Assembly: GCA_964422865.1 (NCBI GenBank)
Contig: CAYRCU010000003.1
Coordinates: 1-63,669, forward strand
Direction of reading: 5' to 3'
From: an uncultured Gammaproteobacteria bacterium
Lineage (GTDB): Bacteria > Patescibacteriota > Microgenomatia > UBA8517
DNA: 63,669 nucleotides
Position 1 is the first letter of the stretch, and each line of letters begins with the position of its first letter. A model generated the notes under the pieces. It did not search any database. It saw only the letters and a program-made list of their open reading frames with translations, and was not told the DNA's origin. The position numbers and the translations under genes were made by a program. This document shows positions 27,232 through 35,977 of the stretch, piece after piece.

Positions 27232-27240
27232 TGTTAAACT
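27232..27240 (+). promoter_or_regulatory. extended -10 element TGTTAAACT, 6 nt before ATG 27247
   Basis: TGnTAnnnT directly before an SD-less start. Confidence 0.5.
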
Positions 27241-27246
27241 TTCTCT

Positions 27247-27963
27247 ATGCCAAAGCTAATCTCTGAGCTTTCGGTTTTCTTTCCTTCCTACAACGAAGAA
27301 GAAAACATAGAAACCACGGTAAATAAGGCAAAAGATGTCCTCGAAAAGGTTGCAGACAAGTGGGAAATAATAATTGTTAACGACGGCTCCAAAGACAGAA
27401 CAGCAAAGATAGCAAACCATCTGTCAAAAGCAGATAAAAGGATAAAAGTAATCCACCACAAGCTTAATAGAGGTTACGGTGGGGCATTTAAAAGCGGCCT
27501 CTTTGGGGCTAAATATGCTTGGATCGCATTCACCGATGCGGATGGACAGTTCGATTTCTCGGAAATCACAAATTTTATTGAAGAACAAAAAAAGACCGAC
27601 GCAGACCTTGTGATCGGATACTACAAAAAGCGGAGAGTTTCAAATTCAATAATAATAACCTCTAAAATATGGGAAGCTTTGATATTTATACTTTTCGGAC
27701 TAAAGGTACGCGATATTGACTGTGGCTTCAAGCTTATAAGAAAAGAAGTTCCCGACAAATTAAAAAAGCTCGAAAGCGAGCGCGGAGCATTTATTAATAG
27801 CGAATTTTTAATCAAGGCTAAAAAAAGCGGCTTTAAAATAGTTGAAATTCCGGTTACACATTATCCCAGAGCGGGCGGCACCCCCACAGGAAGAAACCTG
27901 AATGTTATTGTACAAAGTTTCAAAGACCTCTTTTCTCTATATCAAAATCTAAAAGTATCTTAA
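27247..27963 (+). CDS. GT2 polyprenol-phosphate-sugar synthase (DPM1-like)
   Basis: FPSYNEEEN, VNDGSKDRT, NRGYGGA, FTDADGQFD, DIDCGFKL. Confidence 0.88.
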   Translation: MPKLISELSVFFPSYNEEENIETTVNKAKDVLEKVADKWEIIIVNDGSKDRTAKIANHLSKADKRIKVIHHKLNRGYGGAFKSGLFGAKYAWIAFTDADGQFDFSEITNFIEEQKKTDADLVIGYYKKRRVSNSIIITSKIWEALIFILFGLKVRDIDCGFKLIRKEVPDKLKKLESERGAFINSEFLIKAKKSGFKIVEIPVTHYPRAGGTPTGRNLNVIVQSFKDLFSLYQNLKVS

Positions 27964-27998
27964 AGCAATATTTTGATGTGTCATTCTGATTAAATGCC

Positions 27999-29534
27999 AT
28001 GGCAAAAGTTAAAGAAATAAAGACTTGGGTTCAAAAAAACAAAAAGGAAGTTTTCTTTCTTCTATTTGTTCTTCTTGTAGGTTCCTTTTTTCGCCTTTAT
28101 CGTATAGGCGAATACATGACTTTTTTAGGAGACGAAGGACGCGACGCAATCATTGTCAGACGTCTCCTTGTGGACTTTGACCCCATCCTGATAGGTCCGG
28201 GCACTTCCATCGGAAATATGTATTTAGGCCCGCTCTATTACTATCTAATAGCGCCATTTCTTTTGCTTTTCAATTTTTCCCCCGTCGGCCCCTCAATTAT
28301 GGTGGCGCTGATTGGGGTACTCACAATTGGGCTTGTGTGGTGGATGGCAAGAGAGTGGTTTGGTAAAGAATCCGCAATCCTCGTTAGTTTTTTGTATGCA
28401 ATTGCCCCCACAATCATTATCTTCTCTCGATCTTCATGGAATCCCAATATAATGCCCTTCTTTGCACTTCTTGCAATATATTCTCTTTGGAATGTTTGGC
28501 AGAAGCAAAAGTTCATGTGGCTCCTGCTCTTGGCTGTTTCATTTGCTTTTGTTTTAAACTCTCATTATCTCGGGCTGCTGCTTGGCTTGCCCATGGCCTT
28601 CTTCTGGTTTTTAACAGCGCTTTCCCGCTTCAAAAGCAAAAAGCCCTTAAAGAGTTTTTATTATCATTCGATTTTGGCCTTAGCAGTTTTTATTTTTCTT
28701 ATGTCACCCCTTCTTATTTTTGATATCAGACATAATTGGATCAACTTTTTAGCTATAGAAAAGTTTTTTACCGAGCGCCAAACTACAATTTCCGCTCGCC
28801 CATGGAACGCGCTTCCGGAAGCCCTTCCTCTGTGGCAGCTTTTTACAACAAGAATTCTAGCCGGTAGAAACGAAACTCTAGGTAATTGGACAGCACTCGC
28901 TCTCCTCTCAAGCTTATTTATCTATTTCAAGTTTCCCCGAAAACAGCAAAAGGCAACTTCACTTATCTTCGTGTGGCTCGGGTCTGCAATTATCGGACTG
29001 GGAGTTTACAAACAACACATCTATGACCACTATTTTGGCTTCTTTTTTCCGGCAATGTTTCTTCTTCTGGCAGCTATCTTCCAATATCTTTTGGATAACT
29101 ATAATATTCGCGGCAAATGGCTTGTCACTTTCTCCATGCTTTTTTTGAGTTTCTATAATCTCCGTGAATCTCCTCTCAATAGCCCTCCCGCCCGCCAAAT
29201 GCAGCGTGCTGTTGCAGTAGCTCAAAAAATAAAAGCCGAAGCGGGGGATGATAAATTTAATCTTGCCGTGATTGCAGATAGAAACTACGAAGACGGTTAT
29301 CAATACTTCTTGGAAAAATGGAACACAAACGTAGTGGATATCGATCCTCTAAATTATGAAAAGACACTGGCAGAAAATCTTTTTGTGGTTTGCGAAAAAC
29401 TTCCCGAGGATTGTGATCCAACGCACTCCGCCAAGGCTGAAGTTGCAAACTTCGGCTGGAGCAAAGTGGAGGAAAAATGGAACGTTCAAGGTACAACAAT
29501 TTTCAAACTGGTTCACACGAAAAAAGATGAGTGA
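27999..29534 (+). CDS. GT-C glycosyltransferase (D[EQ]xRD paralog subfamily)
   Basis: FLGDEGRDA, LIGPGTSIGNMYLGPLYYYL, SRSSWNPN; polytopic. Confidence 0.82.
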   Translation: MAKVKEIKTWVQKNKKEVFFLLFVLLVGSFFRLYRIGEYMTFLGDEGRDAIIVRRLLVDFDPILIGPGTSIGNMYLGPLYYYLIAPFLLLFNFSPVGPSIMVALIGVLTIGLVWWMAREWFGKESAILVSFLYAIAPTIIIFSRSSWNPNIMPFFALLAIYSLWNVWQKQKFMWLLLLAVSFAFVLNSHYLGLLLGLPMAFFWFLTALSRFKSKKPLKSFYYHSILALAVFIFLMSPLLIFDIRHNWINFLAIEKFFTERQTTISARPWNALPEALPLWQLFTTRILAGRNETLGNWTALALLSSLFIYFKFPRKQQKATSLIFVWLGSAIIGLGVYKQHIYDHYFGFFFPAMFLLLAAIFQYLLDNYNIRGKWLVTFSMLFLSFYNLRESPLNSPPARQMQRAVAVAQKIKAEAGDDKFNLAVIADRNYEDGYQYFLEKWNTNVVDIDPLNYEKTLAENLFVVCEKLPEDCDPTHSAKAEVANFGWSKVEEKWNVQGTTIFKLVHTKKDE

Positions 29535-30543
29535 TAAATACCAAACTCTTCATGCTCACACGACAACTTCCAACGGAAAACTTTCTCATTTTGAGGTTCT
29601 AGACATCTGTGCAAAATACAATATCGGAGTCGTGGCATTTACGGATCACGATTCTCTTCCAACCAAAAAGACAATCGATAGTTTAAAAAAAACACAACAC
29701 GAAACAAACTGGATTATCGGTATTGAAATCTCATCCGAGTGGCCCACCGACATCGGAAGTGGAGCCACAAGCGGCCTACATATTGTTGGCCTATTTGTAG
29801 ATCCCTTCAATAAATCTCTATTAAAACACTGCAAGTTGGCCCAAGAAGCAAGAGTTGTAAGAATGCAAAGGATAGTCAAAAACCTCCAGAGCATCGGATT
29901 TGATATTTCAGAAAATGATTGCCTTAAAGCCTCAGGAGGTGAAGCAGTCGGAAGACCACATATTGTAGAGGCCTTAAAATCCAAGCAAAGTAATCTGCAA
30001 GTCATAGAAAACCTCAGGCTAAAAATGAAAAATGATTCTGAAAACAACTTAAAAATTAAACAAAAATATGAAGAAATGATGAGGGACGGAGAGTATCAAT
30101 ATCCCTATACACTATTTTTGAGTGAAAACTCTTACATTCCGGAAATTTATGTTAATTATCAATATCACTCCGATATGGACAAAAGCGTCTCTCTAATCAG
30201 AAACGCAGGTGGAGTAGCTGTGCTTGCTCATTGGTTTACATGCATAAAAAAACTAAACGAGGAAATTCTTGACAAAGTGTTACTCGAAAATAGGTTAGAT
30301 GGAGTGGAAACGGTCTATGGATTAGGGGTCAAAGAACTTGATATTAAAAGCCAACAGAAAATATTAAAAAAACTTGTCAAGAAGCACGGCAAAATTGAAA
30401 GTGGCGGCGCAGACGCACATTCTCAAGAAGACTTTGAGTTGTTTTCAAAAGAAGGTTGGTACTCTAAGCGAACGATTGGTATGGTTGAGAAAATAATGGA
30501 AAAAACAAAAGTAGACACTACTTGGAGCTCATTTGCTAACTGA
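29527..30543 (+). CDS. PHP-domain metal-dependent phosphoesterase (TrpH/YciV-like)
   Basis: LHAHTTTSNG, FTDHD, GIEIS, HIVGL, GRPHI, LAHW, GGADAH. Start at ATG 29527. Confidence 0.85.
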   Translation: MSDKYQTLHAHTTTSNGKLSHFEVLDICAKYNIGVVAFTDHDSLPTKKTIDSLKKTQHETNWIIGIEISSEWPTDIGSGATSGLHIVGLFVDPFNKSLLKHCKLAQEARVVRMQRIVKNLQSIGFDISENDCLKASGGEAVGRPHIVEALKSKQSNLQVIENLRLKMKNDSENNLKIKQKYEEMMRDGEYQYPYTLFLSENSYIPEIYVNYQYHSDMDKSVSLIRNAGGVAVLAHWFTCIKKLNEEILDKVLLENRLDGVETVYGLGVKELDIKSQQKILKKLVKKHGKIESGGADAHSQEDFELFSKEGWYSKRTIGMVEKIMEKTKVDTTWSSFAN

Positions 30544-32075
30544 TGAAAAAAATACTTGAAAAGCACAAAAAAGATTTCAAAAAAGAAATCCTCACACACA
30601 AATTCATATACACACTTCTTTTTTTAATTCTCTCCCTCAGCTTTTTTGTCCGTATTTATCGCGTTGGCACGATTCTTGGTTTTTACTTTGATCAAGGAAG
30701 GGACGCCCTTGTTATCTGGGACCTTTGGCACAAAGGTAAGTTGTTTTTGGTAGGCCCAACAACAGGAATTGCCGGGATCTTCAGAGGACCATTCTACTAC
30801 TATTTAATTGCCCCCTTCTACCTCCTTGGTGGAGGAAACCCAATTTACCCCTCCATCTTTCTTGCCTTCACCTCGGTTATGGCCATTGCCCTCCTTTATT
30901 ATCTGGGGCTAAAAATCCAAGACCATGAAACAGGAATTCTCGCGGCAATCATCGCAGGAGGATCTTTTTATATAATCATGGCAAGCCGCTGGCTCTCAAA
31001 TCCCACCCCAATGCTTCTCTTGAGTATGTTGCTTCTTTGGATGATGATACTGGTCACAGAAGGCAAGCGCTGGGCATGGGTGCTCGTAGCATTCATTTCA
31101 GGTTTATCTCTCTTTCATTTTGGGTCCTCCGGGGAATTTTTCTATTTTCCTGCAATTGCTGTTTTCATGCTCTGGCAAAAGAGTCACTTCCCCACAAAAA
31201 AACTTCTTTTGCTTTCAATTTTAGCCTTCCTTTTTTCAGCCTCCCCTCTGATTCTTTTTGACATGCGTCACAACGGGATCCTAACGGGGAACATAAAAAA
31301 ATTTCTTTTTGAAGAGGAAAGTTTCAAGGTATCCTTTTGGGAGGTCGTAAAGCTAAGAATTAACTTCTACTATGATGTCTTCACAAATAAAATTTTCCAT
31401 GGGCGCTACCTTCGCGAGCAAAGAATTCTCGCCGCAGTTGCCGTTTCCTTCCTATTCTTCCTGCCCAAATTTCTCAAAGACACTAAAACAAAAATCGTGC
31501 TCCTTCTGCTTCTTTCACCCATGATTGGCCTTCTCTTTTTCCAAGGGAACTATGGAAACATATATGACTACTACATGACCGGCTACTACCTGATTTTTAT
31601 TCTTATGTTTTCACTTGTTTTAGGTAAACTTTGGAAATTCCTCCCGGGAAAACTGTTTGTCTTATACTTTCTTTACGTTTTCATTGCAGTAAACTTTGAT
31701 GTCGTCAGATACAAAACCATGGATAATGTTGATGGCCCGAACTCCATTGCCTTAAGAAACGAACTTCAGGCGGTCAATTGGGTATTCAAAGATGCCGCCG
31801 GAACCCCTTTTAGCGTTGATGTATACGTCCCCCCGGTTATTCCCTATGCCTATGATTACCTTTTTACCTGGCTGGGAAATACAAAGTACAAAAATCCCCC
31901 AAGCACGGATCCCATTGACCCCCTCTACACCATTTATGAGCAAGATCCGCCGCACCCGGAGCGCCTTGAAGCCTGGCTCAAACGCCAAGAGGGGATAGGA
32001 ACAGTGGAAAAAGAAACCCGTTTTGGAGGAATAACTGTTCAGAAAAGGCAAAGAATACAAAATGAAAAGAATTAA
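30543..32075 (+). CDS. GT-C glycosyltransferase (D[EQ]xRD paralog subfamily)
   Basis: FYFDQGRDA, LVGPTTGIAGIFRGPFYYYL, SRWLSNPT. Confidence 0.82.
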   Translation: MKKILEKHKKDFKKEILTHKFIYTLLFLILSLSFFVRIYRVGTILGFYFDQGRDALVIWDLWHKGKLFLVGPTTGIAGIFRGPFYYYLIAPFYLLGGGNPIYPSIFLAFTSVMAIALLYYLGLKIQDHETGILAAIIAGGSFYIIMASRWLSNPTPMLLLSMLLLWMMILVTEGKRWAWVLVAFISGLSLFHFGSSGEFFYFPAIAVFMLWQKSHFPTKKLLLLSILAFLFSASPLILFDMRHNGILTGNIKKFLFEEESFKVSFWEVVKLRINFYYDVFTNKIFHGRYLREQRILAAVAVSFLFFLPKFLKDTKTKIVLLLLLSPMIGLLFFQGNYGNIYDYYMTGYYLIFILMFSLVLGKLWKFLPGKLFVLYFLYVFIAVNFDVVRYKTMDNVDGPNSIALRNELQAVNWVFKDAAGTPFSVDVYVPPVIPYAYDYLFTWLGNTKYKNPPSTDPIDPLYTIYEQDPPHPERLEAWLKRQEGIGTVEKETRFGGITVQKRQRIQNEKN

Positions 32076-33543
32076 TGTCAAAGCTCTTTTAAAGAAAAAT
32101 TGGCAGCTGATCTTAATAATACTTTTGAGCCTTTTGATGCGTTCCTACAAACACACGGAACTTTTTATGTACTCTCACGATCAGGATCTGTCGGCCTGGT
32201 TTGTTCAGGACATCTTAAGCAACAGAGACTTTCGCCTCATTGGCCAGGAAACTTCCTCGCCGGGTGTTTTCATCGGCCCACTCTATTACTATCTTTTAAT
32301 TCCTTTCTATCTTCTTTTCAGTCTAAATCCGATTGGCGGACTTTATCTCTCCATGGCTCTCGGTGTCACAGCGACACTAAGCTTCTACTTAGTTTTCACA
32401 AAAATCTTTAACAAAAACATTGGCTTAATCGCTTCAACAATCCATGCCTCATCTTTCATCATTTTCATGACCGAGCGGGAAGTAGTTCCAACTGTACCGG
32501 CCTTTCTTTGGACCGCCTGGTTTCTTTACGCCATTTTTCAAATTCTAAAAGGAAAACAAAAGACAGGATTCGTTCTCTCTGGGCTCCTCATCGGCCTTAT
32601 CTGGAATATAAATCTTGCATTTTTTATTCTCACACCTCTTGTTCTCATTTCATTCGTTCTTTCAAAAAAGAGTCTAAAACTAAAGCCAGCCATCGCAGGA
32701 ATACTAAGTACCATTATTTCCGCCTCACCACTAATTCTTTTTGAGCTTCGAAACAATTTATCTCAAACCAGAGCAATCTTTTCCTCACTCTCAAAATCCG
32801 AAGATCTCGCCGCAAGCAAACTTGCAAAGCTGGATCGGGTCATGCAGCTGGTTTTCAAAAACGTAGACAATCTCCTCTGGGGTAATACCATTCCGGTACC
32901 AAACAAATGGGCGCTGTATCTTCTCGTAATTATCCTTCTTATTCTAATTTTCAAAAAAATTCTCACAAGAAATCAAACAATTATCGTTACTTATTGGCTG
33001 TTGATCTACATAATCTTTTTTACACTAAACTCTATAAACCCCTCCGAATATTACTTCAACGGCATGACAATTATTTGGATTCTTGTTCTCAGTCTAGGAC
33101 TTTTCCACCTCTCGAAATTTCAAAAAAAACTCTCGATCACTCTTTTGGCATTATTTGTTGTAATCAATATCCACAGGCTCCTCACTCTCCCCATAAATGA
33201 AAGCGGATACCTTCAAAGAAACCAACTTGTGGCTCACATCAAAAAAGACTCACAAGATCATGGTTATCCCTGCATTTCAGTCTCATACATAACAAAACCG
33301 GGATTTGATATGGGTTATAGATATCTTTTCAAGCTCCAAAATATGCACGTAAATAAGCCCAGAAGCGGCAGCCCCGTTTACACCATCGTTTTCCCTCACT
33401 CCATGGTGGATCGTTTGGATAAAACATTCGGAGCACTTGGGCTCATCTACCCGGATTACGACAGATACACCCCGGAAGAAATCAAAACAAGTTGTTCAGG
33501 GGAAAACTCAAATCTTACGGATCCGCTTTTCGGTTACAATTGA
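32062..33543 (+). CDS. GT-C glycosyltransferase (same subfamily, DQDL variant)
   Basis: YSHDQDLSA, LIGQETSSPGVFIGPLYYYL; polytopic. Confidence 0.78.
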   Translation: MKRINVKALLKKNWQLILIILLSLLMRSYKHTELFMYSHDQDLSAWFVQDILSNRDFRLIGQETSSPGVFIGPLYYYLLIPFYLLFSLNPIGGLYLSMALGVTATLSFYLVFTKIFNKNIGLIASTIHASSFIIFMTEREVVPTVPAFLWTAWFLYAIFQILKGKQKTGFVLSGLLIGLIWNINLAFFILTPLVLISFVLSKKSLKLKPAIAGILSTIISASPLILFELRNNLSQTRAIFSSLSKSEDLAASKLAKLDRVMQLVFKNVDNLLWGNTIPVPNKWALYLLVIILLILIFKKILTRNQTIIVTYWLLIYIIFFTLNSINPSEYYFNGMTIIWILVLSLGLFHLSKFQKKLSITLLALFVVINIHRLLTLPINESGYLQRNQLVAHIKKDSQDHGYPCISVSYITKPGFDMGYRYLFKLQNMHVNKPRSGSPVYTIVFPHSMVDRLDKTFGALGLIYPDYDRYTPEEIKTSCSGENSNLTDPLFGYN

Positions 33544-33605
33544 AAATTGCAGCGAATAGCACAATTGAAAATTGCAGCGAATAGCACAATTGAAAATTGC
33601 AGCGA
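33536..33605. repeat. 25-bp tandem repeat, about 2.8 copies, beginning in the upstream stop codon
   Basis: ACAATTGAAAATTGCAGCGAATAGC at 33536-33560 and 33561-33585, partial at 33586-33605. Each unit has a CAATT-GAA-AATTG hairpin. Confidence 0.95.
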
Positions 33606-33641
33606 TCGGCTATACTAAATAGTAGTAGAATTATCTTTCCA

Positions 33642-34388
33642 ATGAAAAATCCCGACATTTCAATAGTAATTCCCGCCTACAACGAAGAAAAGTCCATCAA
33701 AAAAGGCTCCTTAAAAAGAGTCCACAATTTCCTAAAAAAGCAAACATTCACCTGGGAAGTATTAATCACAAACGATGGCTCAACCGATAAAACCCTTGAG
33801 CTTTCTCGTGCTTTTTCAAAAACCCACAAGAATTTTAAGGTTCTTGATGAGCCCCATAGAGGAAAAGGGGGGACAGTGATCGCAGGTGCCCTGGCAGCAA
33901 AAGGAAATTATGTATTTTTTTCCGACATGGATCAATCAACACCCATAAACCACGTCTTGGATTTTCTTCCGGAATTTAAGAAAGGTGCAGATATAGTAAT
34001 TGGTACACGCACCGGTCGCAAAGGGGCGCCCATAATTAGAAAACTAATGGCTTTTGGATTCGTCCTACTGCGCACAATGTTTCTACGTCTACCATACAAG
34101 GACACCCAGTGCGGCTTTAAAGCTTTCACCAGAGAAGCCGCCCAAAAGGTCTTTAAAAAGATGGGATACTTCGCAAAACAAAAAAATGTCAAAGGAGCGG
34201 CAGTAAACGCCGGTTTTGATATTGAGTTTCTCTACATCGCAAGAAAAATGGGCTTCAAAACAGTTGGAGTCCCGGTTACATGGAACTTTGAAGACACAAG
34301 AAGGGTTAGTCCCATAAAGTCCTCACTTGAAGCTGTAAAAGACATCCTAAGAATCCGCCTAAACGCCCTTCTGGGAAAATATAAATGA
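33642..34388 (+). CDS. GT2 polyprenol-phosphate glucose synthase (ALG5/DPG-synthase-like)
   Basis: IPAYNEE, HRGKGG, FSDMDQSTP, DTQCGFKAF, GFDIEFL. Start at ATG 33642. Confidence 0.85.
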   Translation: MKNPDISIVIPAYNEEKSIKKGSLKRVHNFLKKQTFTWEVLITNDGSTDKTLELSRAFSKTHKNFKVLDEPHRGKGGTVIAGALAAKGNYVFFSDMDQSTPINHVLDFLPEFKKGADIVIGTRTGRKGAPIIRKLMAFGFVLLRTMFLRLPYKDTQCGFKAFTREAAQKVFKKMGYFAKQKNVKGAAVNAGFDIEFLYIARKMGFKTVGVPVTWNFEDTRRVSPIKSSLEAVKDILRIRLNALLGKYK

Positions 34389-35944
34389 AAAAATATTTTT
34401 TAGAGTGGAAGAATGCTACGATCATTCTTCTTTTGATATCACTTCTGGCTCTTTTGTTGAGGTTAATCAATCTCACTATCCTTCCGGTTTTTGCAGATGA
34501 AGCCATTTATATCCGCTGGAGCCAAATTATGGCCAATGAGCCGACTCTTCGATTTCTCCCGCTCTCAGACGGCAAGCAGCCTCTGTTCATGTGGATTTTA
34601 ATGTTTGTGGTTCACCGCTTCTCAGACCCGCTTTTTATAGGAAGACTCCTTTCAATTGCAACAGGCATGGGAACTTTGCTCGGAATTTTTGCTCTTTCTC
34701 TCATTCTTTTTAAATCCAAAAAAGCCGCCCTCGTAAGTGCGCTGATCTATGCTGTTTCTCCGTTCACTTTCTTTTTTGACCGCATGGCACTTGTCGATTC
34801 AATGCTTGCGATGTTTACAATATGGACCATTGTCCTGGGGATTCTTACCGCAAAAACAAAGTACCCAAGTTTCGCAATGCTTACAGGCTTTACTCTGGGA
34901 GGCGCGTTGCTTACCAAATCTCCCGCAATTTTTACCGCAATCTTACTGCCAACAACATGGGTTTTATCCGATTTTCCTCGAAAAAAGGAAAAACTTGCGT
35001 TACATATACTGCAAGCTGTCTTTTTACTGTCAATTTCCTTTTTAATAGCCCTCACCCTCTACAACATCCAACGCCTTGGGCCAAATTTTCATATGCTTGC
35101 CCTACGGACCAAAGATTACGTGTATCCGATATCCCACCTTTGGGAAAATCCAAAAGACCCTTTCAAGCCTTACTTTCACAGAGGATTAAAGTGGATATGG
35201 ATAATGGGTCCAAGCTTTCTTTATTCACTGGCTGCAATAAGCCTTCTTGTGCGCCCGAAAAAGTTTGTCAGAGAAAAATTACTTCTCTTGTTGTGGTTTA
35301 TTTTTCCCCTGTCCATCCAGGCAATGTTTGCAAAAACATTCACGGCTCGCTATATCCTTTTTGCCCTTCCTCCGCTTTTTGTACTCTCCGGCATTTCCTC
35401 TTCTTACAATAATAAAAAGGTACTGCACTTTGCATATCTTTTTCTTTTGATCTTTATTCTCCAATCTTCAATTTTTAATTTAAACCTTCTCACAGATCCT
35501 CAAAAAGCCAATCTCCCCAGAAGTGAACGTTCCGGGTATCTGGAAGAGTGGACCGCAGGAACAGGTATAAAAGAAGTCGCGGATTACCTAAAAAAGGAAG
35601 CGAAAAAAAATCCGGATACCCAAATTATTGTAGGCACGGAAGGATATTTTGGCACTCTTCCGGATGGTCTCCAAATGTATCTTGAGAATATTTCCAATAT
35701 TACAGTTATCGGGATAGGGCTAAACATAAAAGAGCCGCACAAAAGCCTCCTTGAATCAAAAACGGCAGGAAACAAAACATATCTCTTGGCAAACTCTTCA
35801 CGCCTGAAGTTTGAAGAGGATCCTCAAAATCTCGGCCTAAAGCTAATTATGGAAATTAAAAAAGCCAATAGACCCGAGTGGATCAGAGAGCGCGTCCAAT
35901 TTGGCTCTCACGACTTTCTCCGGCTATATGAACTAAGTCCTTAA
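34385..35944 (+). CDS. GT-C (ArnT/PMT-like) glycosyltransferase
   Basis: PVFADEAIY, DGKQPLF, RMALVDSM, LTK, RY. Confidence 0.8.
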   Translation: MKKYFLEWKNATIILLLISLLALLLRLINLTILPVFADEAIYIRWSQIMANEPTLRFLPLSDGKQPLFMWILMFVVHRFSDPLFIGRLLSIATGMGTLLGIFALSLILFKSKKAALVSALIYAVSPFTFFFDRMALVDSMLAMFTIWTIVLGILTAKTKYPSFAMLTGFTLGGALLTKSPAIFTAILLPTTWVLSDFPRKKEKLALHILQAVFLLSISFLIALTLYNIQRLGPNFHMLALRTKDYVYPISHLWENPKDPFKPYFHRGLKWIWIMGPSFLYSLAAISLLVRPKKFVREKLLLLLWFIFPLSIQAMFAKTFTARYILFALPPLFVLSGISSSYNNKKVLHFAYLFLLIFILQSSIFNLNLLTDPQKANLPRSERSGYLEEWTAGTGIKEVADYLKKEAKKNPDTQIIVGTEGYFGTLPDGLQMYLENISNITVIGIGLNIKEPHKSLLESKTAGNKTYLLANSSRLKFEEDPQNLGLKLIMEIKKANRPEWIRERVQFGSHDFLRLYELSP

Positions 35945-35960
35945 TTAATTTTCCTTCTTC

Positions 35961-35969
35961 TGGTAGTAT
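35961..35969 (+). promoter_or_regulatory. extended -10 element TGGTAGTAT, 8 nt before ATG 35978
   Basis: TGnTAnnnT in a 33-bp intergenic gap, no SD. Confidence 0.5.
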
Positions 35970-35977
35970 TTCTATAC

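Noticed and set aside
29527-30543. DNA polymerase III alpha or PolX fragment
   Set aside because: Stand-alone PHP with the GRPHI/AH insertion typical of TrpH-like enzymes and no polymerase domains.
33536-33605. CRISPR or iteron array
   Set aside because: Contiguous units with no spacers, and no cas or rep gene nearby.
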